The notes beneath the pieces were generated by a model. It made no database searches. It was not told the DNA's origin and was given only the letters and a program-made list of their open reading frames with translations. The position numbers and the translations under genes were made by a program. Below, one piece after another: positions 27,027-35,335 of a DNA stretch of 64,000 bases. Each line of letters opens with the position of its first letter. Positions within the stretch are counted from its first letter, which is position 1. The DNA comes from an uncultured Candidatus Peribacteria bacterium (lineage in GTDB: Bacteria > Patescibacteriota > Gracilibacteria > UBA1369 > UBA12463): NCBI GenBank assembly GCA_964356305.1, contig CAYHGS010000001.1:16130-80129 (forward strand). Reading direction: 5' to 3'.

Positions 27027-27473
27027 TTATTTTACTACCGGATTGCCCGTTTTGTGATCGCGATGTACGCAGTATTTTTCCAATATTTTACTTAATACAC
27101 CATTAATAAATTTCGGAGCGTTGACGTCGGCGTAATCTTTTGCAACTTCTATGGCCTCATTAATGGCTACGATAGGCGGAACTTCTGTAGAAAACATAAT
27201 CTCATACGTTCCAATCTCGAGAATGCCTCGATCGACCGGGGCAATTTTTTCTAATGGCCACTCAACGGCAAATTCCTTGATTAATGGCAGAATCTCTTCG
27301 CGATACTTCAAAATCCCCTCGAGCGTTGCTGAGGCGAAGGTAATAACATCAGGTCCTGCCGGATACTCATTAATTATATACTGCAAAATATCCTGCGGCA
27401 CGCCACCGTGGGTCTCATAGGCAAAGAGCGTCTGCATAACCGCTATTCGAGCTGCGCGACGTGGGCTTGGCAT
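27027..27473 (-). CDS. nusB: transcription antitermination factor NusB
   Basis: RRAARIAVMQTLFAYE N terminus. Size and the INGVL motif are typical of NusB. Confidence 0.88.
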   Translation of the reverse strand: MPSPRRAARIAVMQTLFAYETHGGVPQDILQYIINEYPAGPDVITFASATLEGILKYREEILPLIKEFAVEWPLEKIAPVDRGILEIGTYEIMFSTEVPPIVAINEAIEVAKDYADVNAPKFINGVLSKILEKYCVHRDHKTGNPVVK

Positions 27474-27530
27474 CGTGAAAAGCTTAAAGTTTATGTAAAA
27501 GGATTCAGTTTCTCCCGGGGGAGAAGCCGA

Positions 27531-27770
27531 CTAAGCCTTAATCTTTGTTACTTTATCGAGGGGGCTAGCTTTGTTGACAACCTTCTTTCCTCGGTAATAA
27601 CCACAAGTTGGGCAGATACGGTGATTAACCTTTGGCTGCTTGCACTGGGTACAAGTAACAATTGGAGCTGAATCTGTTAGCTTTCTTCGTGCATTCGTGG
27701 CGAATGTAGTATAGCGGGATCTAACACGTGAACGTGATAGTTTTTGCTTGGTGGTAGGATGTTTTGCCAT
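27531..27770 (-). CDS. rpmF: 50S ribosomal protein L32
   Basis: [19 protein letters not shown]...[20 protein letters not shown], a zinc-ribbon L32. It lies downstream of yceD, the conserved arrangement. Confidence 0.9.
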   Translation of the reverse strand: MAKHPTTKQKLSRSRVRSRYTTFATNARRKLTDSAPIVTCTQCKQPKVNHRICPTCGYYRGKKVVNKASPLDKVTKIKA

Positions 27771-27836
27771 GTTATTAGGGGAAAAATAATGTGAATTTAG
27801 AGATAAAAACGGGATCTAGGACACCTGCGGTGTCTG

Positions 27837-28544
27837 TTATTTTTTACGATGAATCATGTCTTTCAGGCCTTGAAACGGCTTTACCGACTCCTCCTGGCCG
27901 TGCGGGTTGTCGACTTGTTCGACGAGTTCATGACCACACTTAGCTTTGTTCTGATCTTTGCCGCAGACGGGACAAATCCCTCTACACGAAGGAGAGCATA
28001 CTGGAAAAGCATCAAAATGCAAGAGAATTTCTTGACGAAACATGCTCCGAAGGTCCACCTCCATCCGCTTCAAATCGGTCGTATAGACGTCCTCGACGTC
28101 CGCAATATCCTTTGGCCGGAGAAAAAGAAACTCACGCTGCGCCTGCTCAATAACCACTTCCTTCATAAAAGTCTTAAGACATCTGCAGCAGGTTTCACGA
28201 ATAGTATAGGTGAAATTCTCTAGTAAAACGGATATTCCATTCTCGGTTTTCATGAAAATAACGTCGGTTGCGATGTCGGATTTGAGGATGAAATCATTCG
28301 GGTCGAAATCCTCTGATACTTCGAGGTGAAACTCACGACTCTGACCTGCGTCAGCCCGAATAAGATCCGATATATCGAATGTAAGATTTTTGTCGGCCTC
28401 TTTTATATCGCTTGTCTCCGCCAATTTACTTGACACGTGTTTTGCGATCTTTTTCTTTGTCGGTTCTCGGTGAAGCTTCTTTGGTGCTGTTTCCAGGAGC
28501 TTCTTGGTTGTCTTGTTTTTCGTCTTTTTCGATAGTTCCTTCAT
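27837..28544 (-). CDS. yceD: YceD/DUF177 family protein
   Basis: C-terminal CSPSCRGICPVCGKDQN cysteine cluster and position directly upstream of rpmF. Confidence 0.8.
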   Translation of the reverse strand: MKELSKKTKNKTTKKLLETAPKKLHREPTKKKIAKHVSSKLAETSDIKEADKNLTFDISDLIRADAGQSREFHLEVSEDFDPNDFILKSDIATDVIFMKTENGISVLLENFTYTIRETCCRCLKTFMKEVVIEQAQREFLFLRPKDIADVEDVYTTDLKRMEVDLRSMFRQEILLHFDAFPVCSPSCRGICPVCGKDQNKAKCGHELVEQVDNPHGQEESVKPFQGLKDMIHRKK

Positions 28545-28586
28545 GACAATAATAGTAATAATTTGTGATGATATTGATGTGGCGAC

Positions 28587-29336
28587 TTAGCGATCGCGGG
28601 AGGTGAAGCGGAGAATATAGAGGAAGAGATTGAAAATGTCCAGGTAGAGCTGCAGCGCGAGGTCCATTTCGTTCTGAGCCATCGCATATTTCACGCGCTG
28701 CATATCGAACATAACAAAGCCGGTGAATATCATGATGCCGAAGAAGCTATAGACGCCCTCCATAGCTGAACTGAACGGGAAAAAGACCCCGAGGAGCCCT
28801 ACGACGATGAGGCCGATTACTCCGAAAAATAGGAGGCCCTGGAAGCGAAACATATTGATATTCGTCTTCCAAGCGACAAGGCCGGCGGCGGTGAAGGTGA
28901 GCATGGTCGCGGTAAGCGCGCGGAAAACTATCTCGCCGCCGCCGCTTTGTGTCATATACATATATATAATTGGAGCCAACGTTACGCCGCTTATAAAAGC
29001 GAAGACCGAGAAAAGTATGTAGTTAAGCGGTTTAATTTTCTGCCACATTCGTGAGGTAAAGATAAGTGCAATTTCAGCGATGAAGATTCCCCACATGTAG
29101 CCTGGATTTGCAATCATGAGGTCGAGCCCTTGGTTGAAGCCGATATAGGTACCAAGCGCGGAAACTCCAAGTGCGAGCCCAAAAAGCATCATCACGCGCC
29201 CAAAAAATGTCGTCGAAATTTGAGAGGAACCTGATTGTACGTGTGTGATTTCCATGTGAGCATTGGTAAGAGTAGTAGTTCTACAGGCCGACATTCTAGC
29301 AGAGTTGGCAAGAAGTTTCCAGTTTTTCAGATACAT
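28587..29336 (-). CDS. Bax inhibitor-1/YccA family membrane protein
   Basis: Seven hydrophobic segments and the C-terminal LQLYLDIFNLFLYILR motif typical of BI-1. The true start may be an internal Met. Confidence 0.85.
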   Translation of the reverse strand: MYLKNWKLLANSARMSACRTTTLTNAHMEITHVQSGSSQISTTFFGRVMMLFGLALGVSALGTYIGFNQGLDLMIANPGYMWGIFIAEIALIFTSRMWQKIKPLNYILFSVFAFISGVTLAPIIYMYMTQSGGGEIVFRALTATMLTFTAAGLVAWKTNINMFRFQGLLFFGVIGLIVVGLLGVFFPFSSAMEGVYSFFGIMIFTGFVMFDMQRVKYAMAQNEMDLALQLYLDIFNLFLYILRFTSRDR

Positions 29337-29417
29337 GGGTCACCATCATCATGAAGCACACGAACAACTATAGGTATTATCCTTACCGGTACGCCGCTCC
29401 TATGTCACAGTCCTGCT

Positions 29418-30320
29418 CTATTCCTTTTGCCGATATCTCTGCACCAACCGGTCAATCTGATATTTCGGATCGTTCCTATTCGCCTCTTTTGTCACTTTCC
29501 ACTGCGCCGGTAAGATATGTTCATCCTCTATAAGTCCCAGATGTACCATCCGTTCATGCGGCTTACACAAGGCCACAATTCTACTTGGGTCATGCGTTTT
29601 CTCTAATGCAAATCGTTGGATGTGATGGAGAATTTCATACTTCTTCTCGCATGCCCGGAACTCACACACACCTCTCGCCCTCTCCACCACAAATCTCTCA
29701 ATATTCGCCGGAATATGCCTCGACTCGGTCACTTTTTCTTCAGGTTTTTCTTGTACCAACATTTTTTCTCGCATTGCGAGGAGTTCTTTCATAAGGGTGT
29801 TCCAATCTCCATCTTTTCCTTTTAATTTTTCCAACTTACTCGCCACCTCCGGATCAAGTTCAAGCATAAGTGTCGTTTTCTCGATGGCTTGCTGCTCAGG
29901 AAATTCGACATTATTTCCCGTACCGGTACGGGATTCACGCCGCTCCTTGATGTAGAGTTCAAGCGTATGTTTACTCATTTCCATAGCCTTTGCCGCCCAG
30001 AATAATTCCGTTTCCGGCGTAGCAACCGCCACAATAGGTCTCACCGCATTGAGACCTTTTATCTCAACAACTTTTTGTAATTCGGGCATATTTTCTATGC
30101 TATGCAAAATACGAAGTGCATCATCAACAGCATTACGCCCCATTCCCGCCAACCTCCCCGCATACTCATACACCGATCCAAACCCTTTCTTCTCCCACAC
30201 CCTTTCTCGCACAATCTCCGGGAGCAACAATGCGCACTTGCGTGTCCACTCACGAGCATTGCGACCATGCATCTGGAATCTAACATGCAAATTTTGTACT
30301 TTTTCTGATATTTTTTGCAT
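29418..30320 (-). CDS. HNH endonuclease-domain protein (paralog of 52606..53493)
   Basis: C-terminal CEFRACEKKYEILHHIQRFALEKTHDPSRIVALCKPHERMVH HNH motif. The start is taken at MQKISEKV to match the paralog's N terminus. Confidence 0.75.
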   Translation of the reverse strand: MQKISEKVQNLHVRFQMHGRNAREWTRKCALLLPEIVRERVWEKKGFGSVYEYAGRLAGMGRNAVDDALRILHSIENMPELQKVVEIKGLNAVRPIVAVATPETELFWAAKAMEMSKHTLELYIKERRESRTGTGNNVEFPEQQAIEKTTLMLELDPEVASKLEKLKGKDGDWNTLMKELLAMREKMLVQEKPEEKVTESRHIPANIERFVVERARGVCEFRACEKKYEILHHIQRFALEKTHDPSRIVALCKPHERMVHLGLIEDEHILPAQWKVTKEANRNDPKYQIDRLVQRYRQKE

Positions 30321-30490
30321 AAGAAATTGATAAAGGAATATAGAAAATAGTAGCAGAATAAAGCCATAAATTCCATACAACTCACAAATTCTCCCAAGAC
30401 AAAATGCAGCAACATTTTATGGGTGAGAGTTTACTCACCATCCTTGCGCCACACACCAATGTACAATCAAAACTGAAGTGCAACAAAGGG

Positions 30491-30499
30491 TGGTATAAT
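30491..30499 (+). promoter_or_regulatory. extended -10 element TGGTATAAT, 6 nt from the alr ATG (leaderless-type)
   Basis: TGGTATAAT at 30491-30499, then GTTGGT, then ATG at 30506. Confidence 0.5.
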
Positions 30500-30505
30500 G
30501 TTGGT

Positions 30506-31684
30506 ATGAATGAGCAAATGCATCATCACATTGACCAACAGATCAGCGCCTCGGCCGATAATCTCCTTTCGTGGGTCGAAATTGATGGAAAGGCGCTTGC
30601 CTCGAATGCGAGAACTCTCAAAAATAAAACTAGCCCGGGTGTCATATTTTGCAGTGTGCTCAAGGCCAACGCATATGGACACGGCCTGGAACTTTGTGCA
30701 AAAATTCTCCAGCAAGAAAAAGCCACGGATTGGATTGCCGTAAATGCCCTATGGGAGGCGAAAAAACTTCGCGCCCACGGAATTACCCTTCCTATTTATA
30801 TTATGGGATATATTCCTCTCTCGGAACTTGAACATGTTTTCACCTACGATGTTAGCATCGTTGTTTATAATCGGGAGACCGTTTTACGGCTTGAAGAAAT
30901 TGGGAAAAGAATACATAAAATAGCGCTAGTGCATCTAAAAGTAGAAACTGGTAATCATCGTCAGGGCATATACGAACATGAGATTCCGTCGTGGATTGAA
31001 CTTTTACAGAAGTGTCCTCATGTTTCGCTAGAGGGCTTATCCACTCACTTCGCCAACATTGAAGATACGAATGATCGCTCGTATGCGCAGGAACAAATGA
31101 AACGTTTTGATGGATATGTTTCACTTTTTTCTGATGCGGGAATATCTATTCCATTCCTCCACTGCGCCAATAGTGCCGCAACGATTTTATTTCCAAAAAC
31201 TCATGGAACTCTCGTGAGGACCGGAATTGCACTCTATGGTTTATGGCCATCGGATCAAGTAAAACAAGAATCGGAAATATCTTCGCTATTTCCGGTATTG
31301 AGTTGGAAAACGCGTATCGCACAAATTAAATCCATTTCAAAAGGATCGTCCGTTGGATATGGATGCTCCTATCGTGCAGAAAAAGATATGGTCATCGCCA
31401 TTCTTCCGGTGGGATATTATGACGGATACGATCGAAGACTTTCCAATTGTGGTGAAGTGTTGATACATGGAAAAAGAGCGAAACTATGTGGACGCGTTTG
31501 TATGAATATGATTATGGTGGATATTACGGATATCAAAAACGTACAGGTTGAAGACGTAGTGACACTCATTGGTCGCGATGGTGATGAGGAAATTACGGCT
31601 GACGAAATGGCGACAAATATCGGAACCATTCATTACGAAGTCGTGACGAGAATACGCGAAGGTATCGTAAGGGTTGAAGTTTAG
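30506..31684 (+). CDS. alr: alanine racemase
   Basis: PLP-lysine motif VLKANAYGHG and full-length Alr-like sequence. Start taken at MNEQMHH. Confidence 0.9.
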   Translation: MNEQMHHHIDQQISASADNLLSWVEIDGKALASNARTLKNKTSPGVIFCSVLKANAYGHGLELCAKILQQEKATDWIAVNALWEAKKLRAHGITLPIYIMGYIPLSELEHVFTYDVSIVVYNRETVLRLEEIGKRIHKIALVHLKVETGNHRQGIYEHEIPSWIELLQKCPHVSLEGLSTHFANIEDTNDRSYAQEQMKRFDGYVSLFSDAGISIPFLHCANSAATILFPKTHGTLVRTGIALYGLWPSDQVKQESEISSLFPVLSWKTRIAQIKSISKGSSVGYGCSYRAEKDMVIAILPVGYYDGYDRRLSNCGEVLIHGKRAKLCGRVCMNMIMVDITDIKNVQVEDVVTLIGRDGDEEITADEMATNIGTIHYEVVTRIREGIVRVEV

Positions 31685-31706
31685 TATCAATGCGATATTT
31701 TTAAAA

Positions 31707-31729
31707 CCCCTCCTTTTTTACGGGAGGGG
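31707..31729. terminator. bidirectional hairpin between convergent alr and the giant surface-protein gene
   Basis: CCCCTCC (31707-13), a 9-nt loop, GGAGGGG (31723-29), with an A-run before and a T-rich tract after. Confidence 0.5.
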
Positions 31730-31756
31730 CTTGTTCTTCTCTTTTGAGAAAAAATA

Positions 31757-34700
31757 TTACTGCTGTGTCGCTCCTGTCGTCGTGTTATCAAGCAATCGGT
31801 TGAAAAGCGTGATACCCTCAGCCTTCAAGAGTACATCCGTCGGAGCGATGAATGTTTCACCATTCGCCTGTTTCTTTCCGGTAAGAATACCGTCTGCATT
31901 GAGAGCGGCAATAGCCGTCTGTTCTGCTGTAGAAAGAGTTGCAAGTTTGGCGCTATCCGCAACACCCTTTACTGTCGTTCCTGCTGCGGGAATTTCATCT
32001 CCCTTGATAGCGTAGATAAACTCAGCCGCATCTTTTCGAGCTACCGTGGCAGCGAGTGAGCCATTGAGAGCGTTATTCATTCCATTAACATTTGCTCCTG
32101 AGTCCTTCAGTGCGTTATAGCACTGATTAGCCCATGCTGGACCGGTAACACCTGAAATAGCTGTTGTCGGAGCGGCTGCGACAATACTGGCACCAAGTAC
32201 TGCCCTGGCGGCCATACAAGTCATTTCAGCACCATTCATCTGCTTTTCCGGCGTTACCGTTCTGTCCGGATTGCCCGTGACAAATTTATGCTCGCCCTCC
32301 ATGGCTGCTACGATAGGCGCAAAATACCACACCTTCATATCCGTTACATCTGTCGTAGGAGCGATACCATCCTTAACACGATCCGCAGGTGTAATACCAT
32401 CAACTACCCTTCCTGCATTTGTGATAAATGATTTTACTTCTGTTTCGAGTGCTTTCTTTTCGGTTGCGTTTGCCGTGTCTGTTGTATTGGCAAATGCCAC
32501 AACCTTATCGAGCTCCTCTACGATGGATGTCTGTGCATCATCAGTAAGACCAGATGCCATTACCTTGTTCACCAACGCATCAAACTGGGCCTTGGTTCCT
32601 GACGAGAGCTGTGCCTCATCAAAGAGAACGGTTGAGGCATCGCCTGCCGCTGCAAGAACCGGTTCGATGTTATCAATAATCTTCGTCTGTGCAGCACCTG
32701 AAAGCTGTGCAATAGTTGTAAATACCGTCTGGGTATCAACTGTTGGCGCGGCCGTCAACGCAAAGTTTGTTGCAAAGTCTGCAATCTTTCCGCTCAAGAG
32801 CGCAATCTGCTGATTCGCCTGTGAAAGTTGCGCTGTGAGATCATCGAGACGAGCCGTAAGTGCCGCAAGTTGTTTTGCCGTGAGGTCACCAGCTAATTTC
32901 TCTGTCTGATCTTTTGAAAACTGCTTCGTGTCGTAACTCACGAGATTATTATCACCGCTATCGCCAAGGCGGAAGAGTTGCTCGAGATTATCTCGTGCTG
33001 TATCTGTGTCGCCTGCATCACATGCATCAATGGATGCATTAATAAGTTCCTGAGCAAATGCATACTCCTCTTCGGAAATTGAATCTTGGAAACTTGGCAA
33101 CATCGTGCTTGCCTCTGTGACCTTATCACAAATTTTACCCTCTTCGCCTGCATGCATAGCCTCCTGTCGAAGATCATCAAATTCCATACGATTGTCCTGC
33201 ATGTTCATCATGATATCCTGCATCGGATCTTCTCCCTGTTGTGCATCTGCGAAGTTGACCTTTGAGATATCACTATCTGCCCTCACCTTCGTCTCTAATG
33301 CTACAAATTTTGCGAGCAAGTTTGCGTCCTTGGTCTGCTTTGCTACGGATTTTATTTCCTTCACAAAACGTTCTGTCTCTCTCTGTGATTGGACAATACC
33401 CTCGCACATAAATAACTGACCGTGTGCCTGTTGAAACTTCATCCACAGCGTTTCGTCCTGATTAAAGTCCTGTGAGTTCGTATCTTGAAAAGCCTGCGCT
33501 ACAAAATAATTTTCTGAAGATTGTGGGCTAAACGATGGCTGGCCGAAGCCACCTCCGAAGCCACCCTGTGGGCCACCGAAGCCTTGGTTGCCGCCTCCGA
33601 AGCCGCCCTGTTGGCCACCTTGCATCATCGGACCTTGTCCTCCCATGCCGCCTCCGAAGCCAAGTTGTTTCTCTGCGCTTAGTGCTTCGGTAACATTATC
33701 TTCCGTAACATTCTTCATCAACTCTCCAACAGCTTTTACTGAAGCAATAGCTGCCTGAGCAGTAGCAATTGGTGGACATGTTGTAAGTCCGCCTGCTCGC
33801 TTGATAGATCTCTCTTCTTCTTTTTGCATACGAGTTACCTCGCTAAGAATTTTGGCACCAAGATTTTTAAGTCTTTTTACTTCATTCTTTGCATTTATCT
33901 TTCCAGCATCATAGTTCTGGTCGAGATTGACCTTGAACTGATCCATGGCATTATTGTAATCAAAGTTCTTAAAAGGACCTTGATCCTGATACATTTTATT
34001 ATAATCTACCTCTTGTGCCTGTTGACCCATCTGATTAAACGGCTGAAAAGGCACAAATGGCTGGAAATTCATCGGTCCACAAGGAGCTGTCGTCGTAGCA
34101 CCACCAGGTGTTGTATATGTTGGACATGGAGTAGCCCCGGGGAATTGTTGATTCATATTTACACTTGGCTTCGATGTCGAACATTCTGCTGCAGTTGCCA
34201 TTCTGTTAAGATTCTGGCACCAGAACGTCTGTGTTGTTGTTGCGGAAGCTAGGCAAGGATTTGCTGCTGTAGGAAATACTCCCGCAGGACAAGGCTGCAT
34301 GTTCTGATTTGATGTTGATTGGATACATCGGCTGTTGGCCGCATCCCAGCCCATACCCATATTGGAACAACTTTGCATTGTTGGTACCGTACTTGTTTGC
34401 GTGACGGGCATCTTGCATTGAGGCATAGCGGACATTCCCATCCACTGACCCTTTGCAGCGACGCAACCTGCCTGCATATCAGCTTCGCTCATAGTGCCCG
34501 ATTGCGTACAAGACGTTCCATTTGGAATCTGAACACCATTACACATATATGTTCCTGTATTTGTCGTTGAAGGACATACGTATCCTACCGGATGCATTGG
34601 GCTTGTTTCACCCGGACATTGTACGGAATTTGTTGTGCTCGTCTGAACTACCGGGGCTACACAGTTTGGATATACGCCTGTTGCAGGTGGTTGACATACC

Positions 34701-35131
34701 TGAGCTGCCGGAGCCATACAATTTGGAGGGGTGCCGGTCGTGCCTGTAGGGCAGACTGCTGGTTGTGGACATTGAGAACCTTGTGGAACCTGCGAACCGT
34801 CGGGACATGATGTCATCTGTACGGGACACTGAGAACCCTGTGGAACCTGCTGTCCGTTTGGACATGTCGTCATCTGCTGTTGCTGCTGTTGCTGCTGTTG
34901 CTGCTGTTGGGCACCACTACAATTTGGAGGCGTACCGGTTTCGCCGGCAGGACAAGTTCCCATATCCTGGGCAACTAATACTGATGCCTTGAGAAAGGCG
35001 CCGACGGGAACGGAGGCGACTAAGGCTACTAAAATTCCTGCTGCAACCATGAGGTGCGGCAGATGCCACTGACTGACTTTGCGAGCCTTCGAGGCTCCCT
35101 TCCGTGGGACGGAAGATCGTTGCTTACCCAT
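31757..35131 (-). CDS. giant (1124 aa) low-complexity surface protein with C-terminal SLH-like repeats
   Basis: N-terminal anchor or signal (HLMVAAGILVALVASVPVGAF), Q12 run, repeated CP.G..GTPPNC and CP(D/N)G(S/Q)QVPQGSQCP motifs, a Gly/Gln-rich GGFGGG block, a coiled-coil-like middle, and three SLH-like repeats in the last 250 aa or so. Confidence 0.8.
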   Translation of the reverse strand: MGKQRSSVPRKGASKARKVSQWHLPHLMVAAGILVALVASVPVGAFLKASVLVAQDMGTCPAGETGTPPNCSGAQQQQQQQQQQQQMTTCPNGQQVPQGSQCPVQMTSCPDGSQVPQGSQCPQPAVCPTGTTGTPPNCMAPAAQVCQPPATGVYPNCVAPVVQTSTTNSVQCPGETSPMHPVGYVCPSTTNTGTYMCNGVQIPNGTSCTQSGTMSEADMQAGCVAAKGQWMGMSAMPQCKMPVTQTSTVPTMQSCSNMGMGWDAANSRCIQSTSNQNMQPCPAGVFPTAANPCLASATTTQTFWCQNLNRMATAAECSTSKPSVNMNQQFPGATPCPTYTTPGGATTTAPCGPMNFQPFVPFQPFNQMGQQAQEVDYNKMYQDQGPFKNFDYNNAMDQFKVNLDQNYDAGKINAKNEVKRLKNLGAKILSEVTRMQKEEERSIKRAGGLTTCPPIATAQAAIASVKAVGELMKNVTEDNVTEALSAEKQLGFGGGMGGQGPMMQGGQQGGFGGGNQGFGGPQGGFGGGFGQPSFSPQSSENYFVAQAFQDTNSQDFNQDETLWMKFQQAHGQLFMCEGIVQSQRETERFVKEIKSVAKQTKDANLLAKFVALETKVRADSDISKVNFADAQQGEDPMQDIMMNMQDNRMEFDDLRQEAMHAGEEGKICDKVTEASTMLPSFQDSISEEEYAFAQELINASIDACDAGDTDTARDNLEQLFRLGDSGDNNLVSYDTKQFSKDQTEKLAGDLTAKQLAALTARLDDLTAQLSQANQQIALLSGKIADFATNFALTAAPTVDTQTVFTTIAQLSGAAQTKIIDNIEPVLAAAGDASTVLFDEAQLSSGTKAQFDALVNKVMASGLTDDAQTSIVEELDKVVAFANTTDTANATEKKALETEVKSFITNAGRVVDGITPADRVKDGIAPTTDVTDMKVWYFAPIVAAMEGEHKFVTGNPDRTVTPEKQMNGAEMTCMAARAVLGASIVAAAPTTAISGVTGPAWANQCYNALKDSGANVNGMNNALNGSLAATVARKDAAEFIYAIKGDEIPAAGTTVKGVADSAKLATLSTAEQTAIAALNADGILTGKKQANGETFIAPTDVLLKAEGITLFNRLLDNTTTGATQQ
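34767..34880. repeat. 57-nt tandem duplication inside the giant surface-protein gene
   Basis: GGACATTGAGAACCTTGTGGAACCTGCGAACCGTCGGGACATGATGTCATCTG is repeated 57 nt later with about 10 substitutions. The units encode QMTSCPDGSQVPQGSQCP and QMTTCPNGQQVPQGSQCP. Confidence 0.8.
34874..34909. repeat. (CTGCTGTTG)x4 perfect tandem repeat encoding Q12
   Basis: Four exact 9-nt units at 34874-34909, read on the minus strand as (CAA CAG CAG)x4. Confidence 0.9.
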
Positions 35132-35335
35132 ATGAAAATGGATTAAAAAATATTTATTTTTGTTTTACAAGTAGTGCGATAGCACCAATTGCAATACTGT
35201 ATTGTATCCTATTTTTATGTATTTGTAAAGTTATAACTAAAAAAGAAGAGGAAAGAATAGAAGACCTACATTGAGTTTCAAAGCAAGGTGTGCTTTACTA
35301 TTTGTGACCATTTTTACTTCATTTTTTTATTTCTT

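Noticed and set aside
27505-27525. Palindrome TCTCCCGGGGGAGA between rpmF and nusB as a terminator
   Set aside because: It is a short GC hairpin with no U-run on the transcribed (minus) strand, and the genes look co-transcribed. It could be a processing or pause site, but the evidence is too weak to annotate.
34874-34909. Tandem repeats as a possible CRISPR array or minisatellite element
   Set aside because: The units are 9 nt with no spacers, lie in frame inside a coding region and encode polyglutamine. I found no CRISPR-like repeat-spacer architecture or cas genes anywhere in the window.
35288-35335. Tracked GTG start of ftsA at 35288, which adds MCFTICDHFYFIFLFLVGFF
   Set aside because: The added residues derive from a T-rich promoter-like tract. 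FtsA homologs start about 10-15 residues before the DIGT motif, so the in-frame GTG at 35336 is preferred.
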